The notes: generated from the sequence alone by a model not told the origin. Numbered from the stretch's first letter, positions 32,042-42,667 are shown. The stretch: 64,000 nt of DNA from an uncultured delta proteobacterium (GCA_963847445.1 CAWJZV010000026.1:1-64000); one strand, 5' to 3'. Numbers and translations are program-made.

Positions 32042-33193
32042 ATGAAATACAGCACCGAGAGAATATTGACCACCCACGCCGGCGCCTTGCCGCTGCCGGC
32101 GGATTTAAAAGAATTGCACAACGCCCGCACGGCGGGGACGCCTGTCGATGAGCAGGTTTATAGCAAACGGGTCAGCGGCGCGGTCGCCGACATCGTCAAG
32201 AAACAAATCGCCTGCGGCCTCGATATCATCAACGACGGCGAACAGGGCAAGTCCAACTTCTCACGCTATGCCCGCGATCGATTGGGCGGCTTCATCGAGC
32301 GCGAAGTTAAAGCCAGCGACCATACCTCGACGATTTACGCCAGGGATTTGACCGAGTTCAGCGATTACTTTAGCGCGCGCGCCTACCATCGCGGCGACAA
32401 CGTCAAGAGGGTGTTCTGTAACGCGCCGCTGAAATACACCGGCCATGAGTCGTTGAAAGCCGAAATCGCCGACTTCAAAGCCGGCCTGCAAGGTCAGAAA
32501 TACGCAGAAGCCTTTCTTCCCGCCGTTGCCCCCGGCACCATCGAGCACTGGATGAAGAACGATTACTACCCTAACGACGAGGCCTATCTTGTCGCCATCG
32601 CCGATGCCATGCACGAAGAATACAAAGCCATCGCCGACGCCGGCTTCTTGCTGCAAATCGACGATCCCGATTTACCCGACGGTTGGCAGTTCATGTCGCA
32701 GATGACCGTGCCGGAATATCGCAAGTACGCCGAGCTGCGCGTCGACGCGCTCAACCACGGACTGCGCGACATTCCGCCCGACCGCGTGCGCTTTCACACC
32801 TGCTGGGGCAGCTACCACGGCCCGCACAAGTACGACATCCCGCTGCGCGACATCATCGACATCATCTTGAAGGTGAACGCCAATACCATCTCGATCGAAG
32901 CCGCCAACCCGCGCCACGAACATGAATGGCGCGTCTGGGAAGAAGTCAAACTCCCCGCCGGCAAAGTGCTGGTCCCCGGCGTCGTCGGCCACGCCACCGA
33001 TATCGTCGAGCACCCGCAAGCGATCGCCGATCGCTTGGTCCGCTACGCCAAGATCGTCGGCAGAGAAAACGTCATGGCCGGCACCGACTGCGGCTTCGGC
33101 CCGCGAGTCGGCAGCCCGCAAATCTGCTGGGCGAAGTTCGAAGCCATGGCGGAAGGCGCAAGGCTGGCGACCAAGGAGTTGTGGGGCAAGTAA
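32042..33193 (+). CDS. Cobalamin-independent methionine synthase II family (MetE C-terminal / epoxyalkane:CoM transferase-like) Zn enzyme
   Basis: 'ILTTHAGALP', 'NDGEQGK', Zn ligands 'FHTCWGS', 'SIEAAN', 'GTDCGFG'. Confidence 0.92.
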   Translation: MKYSTERILTTHAGALPLPADLKELHNARTAGTPVDEQVYSKRVSGAVADIVKKQIACGLDIINDGEQGKSNFSRYARDRLGGFIEREVKASDHTSTIYARDLTEFSDYFSARAYHRGDNVKRVFCNAPLKYTGHESLKAEIADFKAGLQGQKYAEAFLPAVAPGTIEHWMKNDYYPNDEAYLVAIADAMHEEYKAIADAGFLLQIDDPDLPDGWQFMSQMTVPEYRKYAELRVDALNHGLRDIPPDRVRFHTCWGSYHGPHKYDIPLRDIIDIILKVNANTISIEAANPRHEHEWRVWEEVKLPAGKVLVPGVVGHATDIVEHPQAIADRLVRYAKIVGRENVMAGTDCGFGPRVGSPQICWAKFEAMAEGARLATKELWGK

Positions 33194-33204
33194 ATGCCGC
33201 CAGG

Positions 33205-33230
33205 TGTAGGGGCGACCGGCCGGTCGCCCT
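33205..33230 (+). repeat. GTAG-type REP palindrome
   Basis: TGTAGGGGCGACCGGCCGGTCGCCCT. Confidence 0.85.
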
Positions 33231-33339
33231 CTGCATCATTCACACCGAACCTGTCAGTTTCTCAACTCATCCACGAATATCATTGACGCTATTCACCGTG
33301 TTCGCATTACAGTGACCGCCAATTTGCCGAGGAGGATTC

Positions 33340-34367
33340 ATGCGTCGAGGTTTAATTTGTCAGCTTGATCGCCATCGCGCTTTCTAATCGTCACCGCTGG
33401 CACCCAGGCCCAGCAACTACCCAAGTCGGTCGCCATCGGCTCCAACCCGCCGGGCTCGCTGTTTTACGCCTTGGCGAGCGGCTTGGCGAAAGTCGTCAGT
33501 GACGCGGCGGCGATTCAGGCGCAAGTCCAGCCGTTCGCCGGCACCAGCACGTTCGTGCCGCTGTTCGACACCGGCGAGCTCGACTTCGGCGTGGTCAACG
33601 CCGTCGACATGGGCATGGTCTACCGCGGCGCGAACTTCAAAGTCGGCGGCAGAAATCCGTTTCCCCATGTCGCCAGCTCCCGGCTGCTCATGCGCGGCTC
33701 GCCGCTGCGCAGCAGCTTTATCGTCAGGAAAGATTCGCCGATCAAGACCTTGGCTGACGTCAAAGGCAAGCGCGTCACCGGCGAGTACCCGGCGCAGTTG
33801 GCGGTTTGGTACAACATGTTCGGCGCGCTCTCGAACGCCGGGCTCTCTTGGAACGATGTCAAAGTCGTGCCCGTGCCGGCGGTCAACGAAGGCGTCGACG
33901 CGCTCGTTCAAGGTCGCGCCGATGTCACCACCCACGCCATGGGCTCGGCGAAACTAAAGGAAGCTGACGCCGCGGTGGGAATCCGCTTTTTATCCCTCGA
34001 TTGTTCCAAGCTCGGCGAAGAGCGGATCAAGAAAGCGATCCCGGGATATTATTTATCGACCGTCAAAGGCGGCTCGTCGTCTGGAATCCTCGAAGACGTC
34101 TGCGCCTACACCTACGATATTTATCTCGTCGGTCATGCCAAACTGCCCGACGCCGTCGTGCGCAGCGTGCTGCAAGCGATCTGGGTCAATATCGACAAGC
34201 TGCCGCAATTCCACCCAGGCTTCGTCGAGTGGACCAAAGCCCGCGCCGTCGATGCCGAGGTGACGATTCCCTATCATCCGGCCGCGGTGCGCTATTTCAA
34301 AGACGCCGGAGCCTGGCCGGCAAAGATGGACGAGGCTCAGAAAAAACTTTTGGCGTGGAAACCGTAG
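33340..34367 (+). CDS. TAXI family TRAP solute receptor 1 (frameshift in signal peptide)
   Basis: 'IGSNPPGSLFY', 'VRKDSPIKTLADVKGKRV', 'IPYHPAAVRYFKD'. Confidence 0.9.
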
Positions 34368-34434
34368 CGAAGACTGGCTGGAGTATCGGAGTAATGGAGT
34401 TTGGCAGTAGCGGGATCAGAACGGAGAGAAGTCT

Positions 34435-35479
34435 ATGAATTATCTACACAAAGGCGTCGCGCTATTCTTTTGGTCAATTTATTACTCGCCATGAGTTCAC
34501 CCGTCCAATCGCACAAAAGCTTCCGCGCTTCCGTCGACCATCGGCACCAATCCCGCCGGCACCGTTTTCTACGCCGTCGGCGCCGGTTTGGCGAAAGTGA
34601 TCAGCGGCGCCGGGCCGATGCAGTCGGTGGTGCAGCCTTACACCGGCACGAGCACATTCTTGCCGCTGCTCGACAGCGGCGAGCTCGACTTCGCCATCAT
34701 CAACGCGGTCGAATCCAACCTCGCCTACCAAGGACCGGCCAAACTCAAGATCGGCGGTAAGAATCCATTGCCCCATGTGCCCAACGCCCGGTTGATCATG
34801 CGCGGCTCGCCGTTGTTTATCGGCCTCGTGGTCAAGAAAGACTGGCGTGAAAAGCGTCCAGGAGATCAAGGGCAAGCGCGTTACCGGCGAGTACCCGGCC
34901 AACATTGCGATCTGGTATCACGGCTACGCCGCGCTGGCGAGCGCGGGACTGACCTGGGACGATGTCAAAGTCGTGCCCGTCCCGGCCGTCAACGACGGCG
35001 TCGACGCCGTCGCTCAGGGCCGCGCCGATGTGAGCATACCACGCGATCGGCGCCGCTAAGGTAAAAGAAGCCGACGCCGCCGTCGGGGTGCGTCATCTAT
35101 CCGCTCGATTGCACGCCCGAGGGCGACGCGCGCGTCAGAAAAGCCGGTCCCGGGTTACTCGACACACGACGCTCAAGTCTGGATTCTCCACCGGCATCGT
35201 CGGCGACACCTGTGTGCTTACTTTCGACATTTACATGCTCGGCCACAAAGGGTTGTCCGAACGAGGTGGTCCAAGCCTGCGCTCAAAGCGATCTGGGACA
35301 ACATCGACAAGCTGCCGCCGCTCCATGCCCAGTTTCAGGACTGGACCCGCGAGCGCGCCGCATCCGCCGATGTGACCGTGCCCTATCATCCCGCCGCCGT
35401 GCAGTTTTATAAGGAAAAGAATTTGTGGAACGCCAAGATGGACGAGTCGCAGAAAAGATTGCTGGCGGTGAATCCATAG
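34435..35479 (+). CDS. TAXI family TRAP solute receptor 2, several frameshifts
   Basis: 'IGTNPAGTVFY', 'KGKRVTGEYPA', 'VPYHPAAVQFYKE'; clear paralogue of its neighbours. Confidence 0.87.
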
Positions 35480-35549
35480 GAGCGTAAAGAAGAAAGAATG
35501 AATTGGAGTGATGGAGTGCTGGAGTACAGGTTCGGACAGGAGAGATGTT

Positions 35550-36587
35550 ATGAACCGACACTGGAAGATCATCGCGATTGCTTTCTCTGAGTCTTGACTT
35601 GTGCACTGCAAGGCGATACACGTACACGCGCAGAAAGTTCCGGCGTCGACGACCATTGGATCGAATCCCGCCGGTTCGCTTTTCTACTCCGTCGCCAGCG
35701 GTTTGGCGAAAGTGATCAGCGGCGCAGGACCGATGCAGGCCATCGTTCAGCCTTATACCGGCAGCAGCACGTTCTTGCCGCTGCTCGACATTGGCGAGAT
35801 CGACTTTGGTATCGTCAACGCCGTCGACATGGGCATGGCCTACCAAGGCCAGCGCTTAAAGATCGGCGGCAAGAATCCCCTGCCGCACTCGGCCAACACG
35901 CGCCTGATCATGCGCGGCTCGCCGCTCCTAACCAGTCTGGTGGCGAAAAAAGACGGTCCGGTAAAAACCATCGCCGATGTCAAAGGCAAACGCGTCACCG
36001 GAGAATATCCCGCCCATCTCGCCGTCTGGTTCAGCGTCTTCGGCTCTCTCGCCACCGGCGGCCTGACTTGGGAGGATGTCAAAGTCGTGCCCGTTCCCGC
36101 AGTCAACGAAGGCATCGACGCGTTGGTGCAGGGCCGCGCCGAGGTCAGCAACCACACCGTCGCCTCGGCGAAGATCAAAGAAGCCGACGCCGCGATCGGC
36201 GTGCGCTTCGTCTCCCTCGACTGTTCGCCGCCAGGCGAGGCACGGCTCAAGAAAGCCGTGCCCGGATATTATTTAACCACGCTCAAAGCCGGCCACTCCA
36301 ACGGCATCATCGTCGACACCTGCGTCCAGGCCTACGACATGTACCTGGTCGGTCACAAAGGCTTGTCGAACGAACATGTCAGCGCGGCGCTCAAAGGCAT
36401 CTGGGACAACGTCGACAAGCTCGCGCCGCTCCATCCATCGTTGCAGGAATGGAGCCGCGAGCGCGCCATCGACCCCGACGCGACCATGGCCTACCATCCC
36501 GCCGCGGTGCAGTTCTACAAAGATCGCAAAGTCTGGCCCGCCAAGATGGACGAGCTGCAGAAAAAAATGTTGGCGATGAATCCGTAA
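35550..36587 (+). CDS. TAXI family TRAP solute receptor 3 (frameshift in signal peptide)
   Basis: 'IGSNPAGSLFY', 'KGKRVTGEYPA', 'AYHPAAVQFYKD'. Confidence 0.9.
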
Positions 36588-36756
36588 CTCGTCGTTGGGA
36601 GTTCGTAGTCTAGAGTTTAGCGTTTGCTCACGACTGAAACATTTGCAACGACAGGAACTAAGCGCAGCGCTGGAACAACTGGAACAATCCGAACTTTTTG
36701 AACGTCTTGAACGGAGCAGAGCGATTGAACGCTTTGAACGAAGTTTATCTTAAAAA

Positions 36757-38700
36757 ATGAGCGACGACCTCGCCCCGACAACTAGATTCCGCATTTTGAC
36801 CGGCGCCACGGCGCTGTTCGCGCGCATCTTGCTCTGCGCGTTGACGCTGTTGGGCGCGTTCTGGGCGCTCGACGTTCACGAGATGATGGAGTGGACGTTT
36901 TTTAAGGAACAGTATCTCGGCCTGTTCTTCGCCCTGGCGATGACGAGCATCTTCATCACCGTCAAGGCGCGCGTCGGCGCCGCCGACGCGGTCATTCCTT
37001 GGTTCGACTGGATTCTGGCACTCGCGAGTTTGATCGTCGGCGGTTTCGTCACCGTCATGTATCCGAGCATCGCCTACCGCTTGGCCATGCTCTCGCCGGA
37101 GCGTTGGCTGCTCGGCGGCGCGGCGATCTTGTTAATCCTCGAAGCCACCCGCCGCTTGGTCGGCTGGGCGTTGGTCTGGATCACCGTGCCGATCATTCTT
37201 TACGCCAATCTCGCCTATTTATTTCCCGGCATCTTAAACGCCAAAGGCTCTTCCTGGCAGCGCATCGCCGCTTATCTATACCTCGACTCCAGCGGCATCT
37301 TCGGCTTGCCCCTCGACGTTGCTGCCGGCATCGTCGTCGCGTTTATCTTTTTCGGCCAAGCGCTTTACGCCGTCGGCGGCGATACCTTTCTCACTGACAT
37401 CGCGCTCGTGCTCATGGGCCGCTACCGCGGCGGTACGGCGAAGGTCGCGGTGGTGTCGTCGACGTTATTCGGTACGGTTTCCGGCAGTGCGGTGGCTAAC
37501 GTCGTCGTCGACGGCGCCATCACCATCCCGATGATGAAAAAGAGCGGCTATCCCCCGCACACCGCCGCCGCCATCGAAGCGGTGGCATCCAACGGCGGCC
37601 AGATTATGCCGCCGGTGATGGGCGTGGCGGCCTTTTTGATGGCGGAGTTTTTAAATATTTCCTACGGCGAAGTCGCCCTCGCTGCGGCGATCCCGGCTTG
37701 TCTTTACTATGTCGCGCTGTTCACCCAGATCGATCTCGAAGCCGCCAAGCTCGGCCTCAAGGGCATGCCGGAAAACGAGATTCCCAAATTCCGCAAGGTG
37801 ATCAAACGCGGCTGGGTGTTTCTCGTGCCGCTGGGCGTGTTGGTTTACACCTTGATGTTCGCCTTCTGGGAAGCCGGCAAAGCCGGCATGGCCGCGGTCG
37901 TCACGACCTTCCTCGTCGGCGCGCTGCAAAAAGACACGCGGCCGACGTTCAAGAGCATCCTGACCAGCGTCGAAGAAACCGGCCGCATTCTCCTCGACAT
38001 CGTCGTCGTCACCGCGCTCGCCGGTCTGGTCATCGGCGCCTTCCAGCTCTCCGGCCTGACCTTCAAGTTCGCCCTCCTGCTGGTCAACATGGCCGGCGGC
38101 AGCACCATCGCGCTGTTAATTCTCACGGCGATCGCGTCGATCATCCTCGGCATGTCGCTGCCGACCACCGTCGTCTACATCATGCTCGCGGTCCTCGTCG
38201 GCCCGGCGCTGGTGCAAGTCGGCATCCCGCCGTTAGCCGCGCATCTGTTCTTTTTCTACTTCGGCATGCTGTCCTTGATCACGCCGCCCGACTGCATCGC
38301 CACCTACGCCGCCGCATCTATCGCTAGAGCCGATTTCTGGAAATCCGGTTGGACCGGCATGCGCTTGGGCATCGTCGCCTACATCGTGCCGTTTATCTTC
38401 GTGTTTCACCCGGCGCTGCTGTTCAAAGGCAGCTTCGTCGATATCGGCAGCGCCATCGTCACCGCCGTCATCGGCGTTATTTTCCTCGCCATCGGCGTAG
38501 CCGGCTTCCTCTTCCGCCCCCTCGGCTGGACCAAACGCATCATCATGATCATCGCCGGCGTCGCGCTCATCCCCTCCGCCTCCGCACCCATCTGGCTCGC
38601 CTCCAACCTCTGCGGCTTTATCGTAGCGCTGATTGTCGTGGCGCTGGAGTGGAAGTTTAGAGTGCCGAAAATCGCCCTCAGCCAACCGGGTGTGGGCTGA
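36757..38700 (+). CDS. TRAP transporter fused 4TM/12TM permease (TAXI-type)
   Basis: 'GTVSGSAVANV', 'EAVASNGGQIMPPVMG', 'GMSLPT', 'AHLFFFYFG.LS.ITPP'. Confidence 0.93.
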   Translation: MSDDLAPTTRFRILTGATALFARILLCALTLLGAFWALDVHEMMEWTFFKEQYLGLFFALAMTSIFITVKARVGAADAVIPWFDWILALASLIVGGFVTVMYPSIAYRLAMLSPERWLLGGAAILLILEATRRLVGWALVWITVPIILYANLAYLFPGILNAKGSSWQRIAAYLYLDSSGIFGLPLDVAAGIVVAFIFFGQALYAVGGDTFLTDIALVLMGRYRGGTAKVAVVSSTLFGTVSGSAVANVVVDGAITIPMMKKSGYPPHTAAAIEAVASNGGQIMPPVMGVAAFLMAEFLNISYGEVALAAAIPACLYYVALFTQIDLEAAKLGLKGMPENEIPKFRKVIKRGWVFLVPLGVLVYTLMFAFWEAGKAGMAAVVTTFLVGALQKDTRPTFKSILTSVEETGRILLDIVVVTALAGLVIGAFQLSGLTFKFALLLVNMAGGSTIALLILTAIASIILGMSLPTTVVYIMLAVLVGPALVQVGIPPLAAHLFFFYFGMLSLITPPDCIATYAAASIARADFWKSGWTGMRLGIVAYIVPFIFVFHPALLFKGSFVDIGSAIVTAVIGVIFLAIGVAGFLFRPLGWTKRIIMIIAGVALIPSASAPIWLASNLCGFIVALIVVALEWKFRVPKIALSQPGVG

Positions 38701-38786
38701 ATTCGCGCCATTCGCATTGAAGGAGCGCTTAAGCGCAGCTGCAAAGCTTCTTTCACCACGGCGGAATTTTTTCAATCGGAGGTAAT

Positions 38787-38984
38787 ATGCAATCCCATAG
38801 GGTCAAAATCGCCACAGCTCTCGCGATCGTCACGAGTATCGGCGCGGGCGGCGTGTCCGCGCAACAGCCATCGGCAAAAAAAAACTTCGACGCTGAGATC
38901 CAAGCAGCACTGGAGTCGGCCAAAACCCGGCTGGGTTCGAGCACTTGGGCGCCTGGTGCGGACTGCGTTCCTGATCGGCTGTGA
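38787..38984 (+). pseudogene. 3'-truncated N-terminal remnant of a secreted protein, possibly an MBL-fold hydrolase
   Basis: GGAGG RBS, signal peptide, then 'IQAALESAKT(A)AGFEHLG(A)LVRT' over frameshifts; no continuation. Confidence 0.45.
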
Positions 38985-39284
38985 TGCCGCTTCGGCGCGA
39001 ATCACCTTGTGGAGACTGTCGTCAGGGAGTTCGAAGAACAAGCAAGCGCAAAATTTCTTATTAGGTTTTGCGTTACGATTGGCTGAGAATTGCCGTGCTC
39101 AACCGCTGGCGAATATCTGGATACCGCCTCGCCGTTTCACTCCGTTGTTTACGAAGACCGTTCACCCGCCGTTGCACGCCAGCAATTTCACGGACACGCC
39201 GGGGGCGTCGCTGACGGAATCGTTACGAGAAATCCTAAATACTAGAGGCTGGCTGAGTCGAGATGCCGATGACGCCAATCCCAT

Positions 39285-39878
39285 TCACTTCAGCCCATAC
39301 CCCGCCGCGACTTTATCCATGTAGCCGTTCTCATCGAGTTTGCGGATGATCCGGCTGTCGATCAGATCCTCGACTTTGACATTGGCCGTTTTAGGGTTTT
39401 GCGTCGCCATGAGCCGGCGAATGTTGCGCAACCCTTCGAGCGACGGAAACGGTTTGCGCTCGATGCTCGTCATGAGATCCTGATAACCGTCCTCGCCGAC
39501 TTTGGCATCGTCGAGCTCCAGCCGGCGCATGATCGTGCGCACGACGACATTCTTGTTCATCGGCGCCAGCGTGTACGCCAGGCTGTCAACCAATACCATG
39601 AGAATCCGTTCGGCGAGCTCACGGCGCTTCTGGACAAATTCCGGGGTCACGACGACGGCTTGATTGACCATCGGAATATTCGCGGGGGTCAGATCGACGA
39701 TGACCGAGAATCCTTTGCTGATCAGCCGGCGCGCCAAGCCGCCGTCGAGCACCGCGGCGTCGATCCTGCCGGCTTCCAACGACTGGCCGATCAGCACCGA
39801 GTCGCCGATCATGAGAATATTGATGTTGTCGCGCTTGACGTCGAGGCCGACATGTTCGAGGCCAAGGATCGTGTGCTA
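39285..39878 (-). pseudogene. 5'-truncated SsuA/NMT1-like substrate-binding protein (C-terminal part only)
   Basis: 'HTILGLEHVGLDVKRDNINIL..LEAGRIDAAVL..KPFPSLEGLRN..LIDSRIIRKLDENG'; upstream replaced by a half REP. Confidence 0.8.
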
Positions 39879-39880
39879 CA

Positions 39881-40015
39881 GGTGGTTGCCCCCTACAATC
39901 GGAATCGGAATTACTCTCGCAAAGGCGCAAAGACGCTAAGCTCGGACAAAGAAGAACTGCGGCCCTTTTCACATTCCCTCTATGCTAACTTTGCGCCTTC
40001 GCGCCTTTGCGAGAG
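39881..40015. repeat. Half GTAG-REP plus CTCTCGCAAAGGCGCAAAG/CTTTGCGCCTTCGCGCCTTTGCGAGAG palindromic element
   Basis: GGTGGTTGCCCCCTACA at 39881-39897; IR arms at about 39914-39940 and 39989-40015. Confidence 0.8.
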
Positions 40016-41232
40016 ATCATCCAATTTCTTCTTCCTGTAACCTTCGCCATTTTTTCGGCTAATGTTCCGAATCGATCCAAATGAAAAAACTTGATCGCAT
40101 TGTCGGCGACCATTTTACGCTTCTCGTCCGCCGGCACGCCGGTCATCTGCGCGTCCAAGACTTTCAAAGAATTGGGCCAGCGCGTGACCACATGGGGAAA
40201 GTCGGTCGACCACATGATCCGGTCGACGCCGATCTCGTGGCGCAGCTTCATGCCGATGCGGTCTTCGAAGAAACCCCACTGGGCGTTCTCTTTCAGATAC
40301 TCGCTCGGCAAGCGCTTCAAGCGCGGCAAACCCATTTGCCGCTCGGCCCAAAATCGATTGGTTTCGTACTCATGGTCGATCTGCTCGCTGAAGTACGGCA
40401 GCCAGCCGACGTTGTTCTCGGCCCAGTAAATGCGCAACTTGGGAAAGCGGTCGAAAATACCGCCGACGATGAACTGACTGATTTCCACTGAGCCGGAATG
40501 ATGCGGCGCCTGGCGCGCGAAGCGCTGGACGAAATCCGTCGGCGGCCGGCGCTCGCCCTCGGGCTCTTGCGGATACTTGAACAGCGGCGTCTCGCGCGAA
40601 CCGACTTTGGTCGGGAAGCTCGTGTGAATCACCAGCGGCATTTCGAAATCCAGCGCCGCCGCCCAAAAGCGGTCGTCCTCCGGCGTGGGAAATCCTTTGC
40701 CGCTGGGGAAAGTGCTGAGCCATGCGCCCTTGAGGCCCATGCGCTTGCAGCGTGCCATTTCGGCGATGTCTTCGGCCACGCCGCTGTTGGGCAGCACCGC
40801 CATGCCGATCAACCGGTCACGGTCGACGGCGCAGTATTCCTCGGCGAAGAAGTCATTGAAGCCCTGCACTACGCCGATGCGCGCCGCCTTGTCGCGGATC
40901 GCCGAATTGCGCACGTCGAGGGCGAACAACACTTCGGCGTCGATGCCGTCTTGATCCTGCTCGCGCAAGCGCTGCTCGGCCGGGCCGCAGCCCGGCGTGT
41001 TGTCGTAGTCCAACTGCGTCGGATCGAATATTCCGGCGCGCGCCCGCCGTACAGACTCGTGCCACCGTAGATCAAGCGCCTTGCCTTCCAGCGCCAAGGC
41101 GTCTTTGCCGTTGGCCAATTTGATCCGCCGCGGCGCCCGGTCGCGGTATTTCTCCGCCACCCGGTGCGTCCAATGCTCCGGCGGCGACTCATAATGACTG
41201 TCCGCAGAAATGAAACGGTAATGCCTGGCCAT
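39985..41232 (-). CDS. Amidohydrolase family protein (Amidohydro_2); two compensating frameshifts near 41030-41080
   Basis: 'ISADSHYESP', 'EQDQDGIDAEVLF', 'IFDRFPKL', 'MWSTDFPH'. Confidence 0.9.
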   Translation of the reverse strand: MARHYRFISADSHYESPPEHWTHRVAEKYRDRAPRRIKLANGKDALALEGKALDLRWHESVRRARAGIFDPTQLDYDNTPGCGPAEQRLREQDQDGIDAEVLFALDVRNSAIRDKAARIGVVQGFNDFFAEEYCAVDRDRLIGMAVLPNSGVAEDIAEMARCKRMGLKGAWLSTFPSGKGFPTPEDDRFWAAALDFEMPLVIHTSFPTKVGSRETPLFKYPQEPEGERRPPTDFVQRFARQAPHHSGSVEISQFIVGGIFDRFPKLRIYWAENNVGWLPYFSEQIDHEYETNRFWAERQMGLPRLKRLPSEYLKENAQWGFFEDRIGMKLRHEIGVDRIMWSTDFPHVVTRWPNSLKVLDAQMTGVPADEKRKMVADNAIKFFHLDRFGTLAEKMAKVTGRRNWMISRKGAKAQS

Positions 41233-41478
41233 GAATCTTACCTCAACTATCTTTAAAATTGTTTGGCGGTGAGCTTCTTAGAAAAATCGCGCACCCCCGG
41301 CCAAATCACGAGCCATTGCTTCACCAACGGCTGGATTTTCGCAGCAGAAAGCATCTCAGCATCCTCGCCGCCGGCCATGAGACCTCGCAGACACGAACTC
41401 CAAGACTGCCACTGTTTTAGCGTAATTGTTTATCAAGAAATCTCTGCGCTTGCCTGCCCAACGAACGTTCGGCGGATT

Positions 41479-41747
41479 CTACTTCAGAACCTCCTTCAAT
41501 TTGTTGGCGATCGCCGGCGGCAGTTTGAACAAGCGCTCGACGATCTTTTGCAGCTCCTCGCCAAATGACACCCGAGCATTCGTCCCCAAGTGTCGAAGGC
41601 CCCGCCCGCCGATGCACCGACGAGGATCCGCACGGTTTTGCCTTTATAGAAATCATGGGTGGTCGCGGTGGCAGTCTCAACTGCCCATCCCATACTGCTT
41701 GCCAACACCGCTGCGCGCCACAATCTCATGCCAAAAGACTTTTGCAT
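41479..41747 (-). pseudogene. Bug/TctC tripartite tricarboxylate receptor with a large internal deletion
   Basis: N-terminal 'DFYKGKTVRILVGASAGGAFDTWGRMLGCHL' joined out of frame to C-terminal 'GEELQKIVERLFKLPPAIANKLKEVLK*'. Confidence 0.85.
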
Positions 41748-41849
41748 CCCTCCAGCCAGCCAGAAAATTCCTTAACACAGTCGTCGCGGATTACACTAGG
41801 GCGGATCTCTCTTTTTACTATCTCGTGCATATAGTGTATTCTTAACCTG

Positions 41850-42473
41850 GTGATTAGTCCTGAAAGACAGATCGTTGAAAAGGGTTTCGAACAAGACCGC
41901 CAGGATTATTGGGCGATGCGCGATGAATTGCTCATCAAGTATCCCGGCAAATGGGTCGCGGTGCATAAAGGGCGCGTCGTCTCCGTGGCCGATGAACCGT
42001 TATCCATCATGGAACAGGCGCTCGCCGAAGACGGCTATGCCTATGCGAACAAAGTCGGCGATGAGGATAAGATTGTGATTCGCCAGCGGCGTGTGTCATT
42101 TCCCTATGACGCGACCTATTCTCCGACTCCGCTGCCGCGCGTAGCGGCGGTGATCTACAATTTTCAGCGGACCAAAAGTAAAGCGGTCGTGGATGCTATC
42201 CCGGATACTGGTGCCGATGTTACTTGCTTGCCGATGGACGATTGCCAGGATCTCGAACTTTTTCTTTTTCCTTACTACCGGGGAATGTCCCATCCTTTTG
42301 GCGGCGCGGTGCGCTCGGTAACATTTTACGCGGCAAGGATCGAACTCGACGGTCGTTTTTATAATGCTGTAGTGGAGCCCGTAGCCGAATCCGAACGGCT
42401 AATCGGGCGCGAGGTTTTGAACCGGATCAAGGTTACATTCGACGGGCCGTCTCAAACCACGACCTTCGATTGA
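41850..42473 (+). CDS. DUF5678-like domain fused to a retropepsin-like (clan AA) aspartyl protease
   Basis: N-terminal 'DELLIKYPGKWVAVHKGRVV'; C-terminal 'AIPDTGADVTCL' and 'LIGREVLN..VTFDGP'. Confidence 0.8.
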   Translation: MISPERQIVEKGFEQDRQDYWAMRDELLIKYPGKWVAVHKGRVVSVADEPLSIMEQALAEDGYAYANKVGDEDKIVIRQRRVSFPYDATYSPTPLPRVAAVIYNFQRTKSKAVVDAIPDTGADVTCLPMDDCQDLELFLFPYYRGMSHPFGGAVRSVTFYAARIELDGRFYNAVVEPVAESERLIGREVLNRIKVTFDGPSQTTTFD

Positions 42474-42667
42474 GAGAGCGAGGCGACGGTGTCCCATACG
42501 GACCGACGCGATGGAGCCTCAACATCGGTCATTCCGCGAAACCGAATCGGCACACCAATTTATGCTTCGATCTAAGATTAAGAAATGCTCAATGGCGCGG
42601 AGCGCAGTAATCTCGCCTACGGTTACATCCGCAAGCCGAGAGCATAATTGAATTACCTACTGCAAAC

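Noticed and set aside
32042-33193. Calling this gene metE
   Set aside because: Single-barrel form lacking the N-terminal folate-binding half and in a non-methionine context; function is not established.
38990-39280. Short CCGTT-rich stretch as an ncRNA or small ORF
   Set aside because: No convincing helix set, promoter or protein motif; probably remnant sequence.
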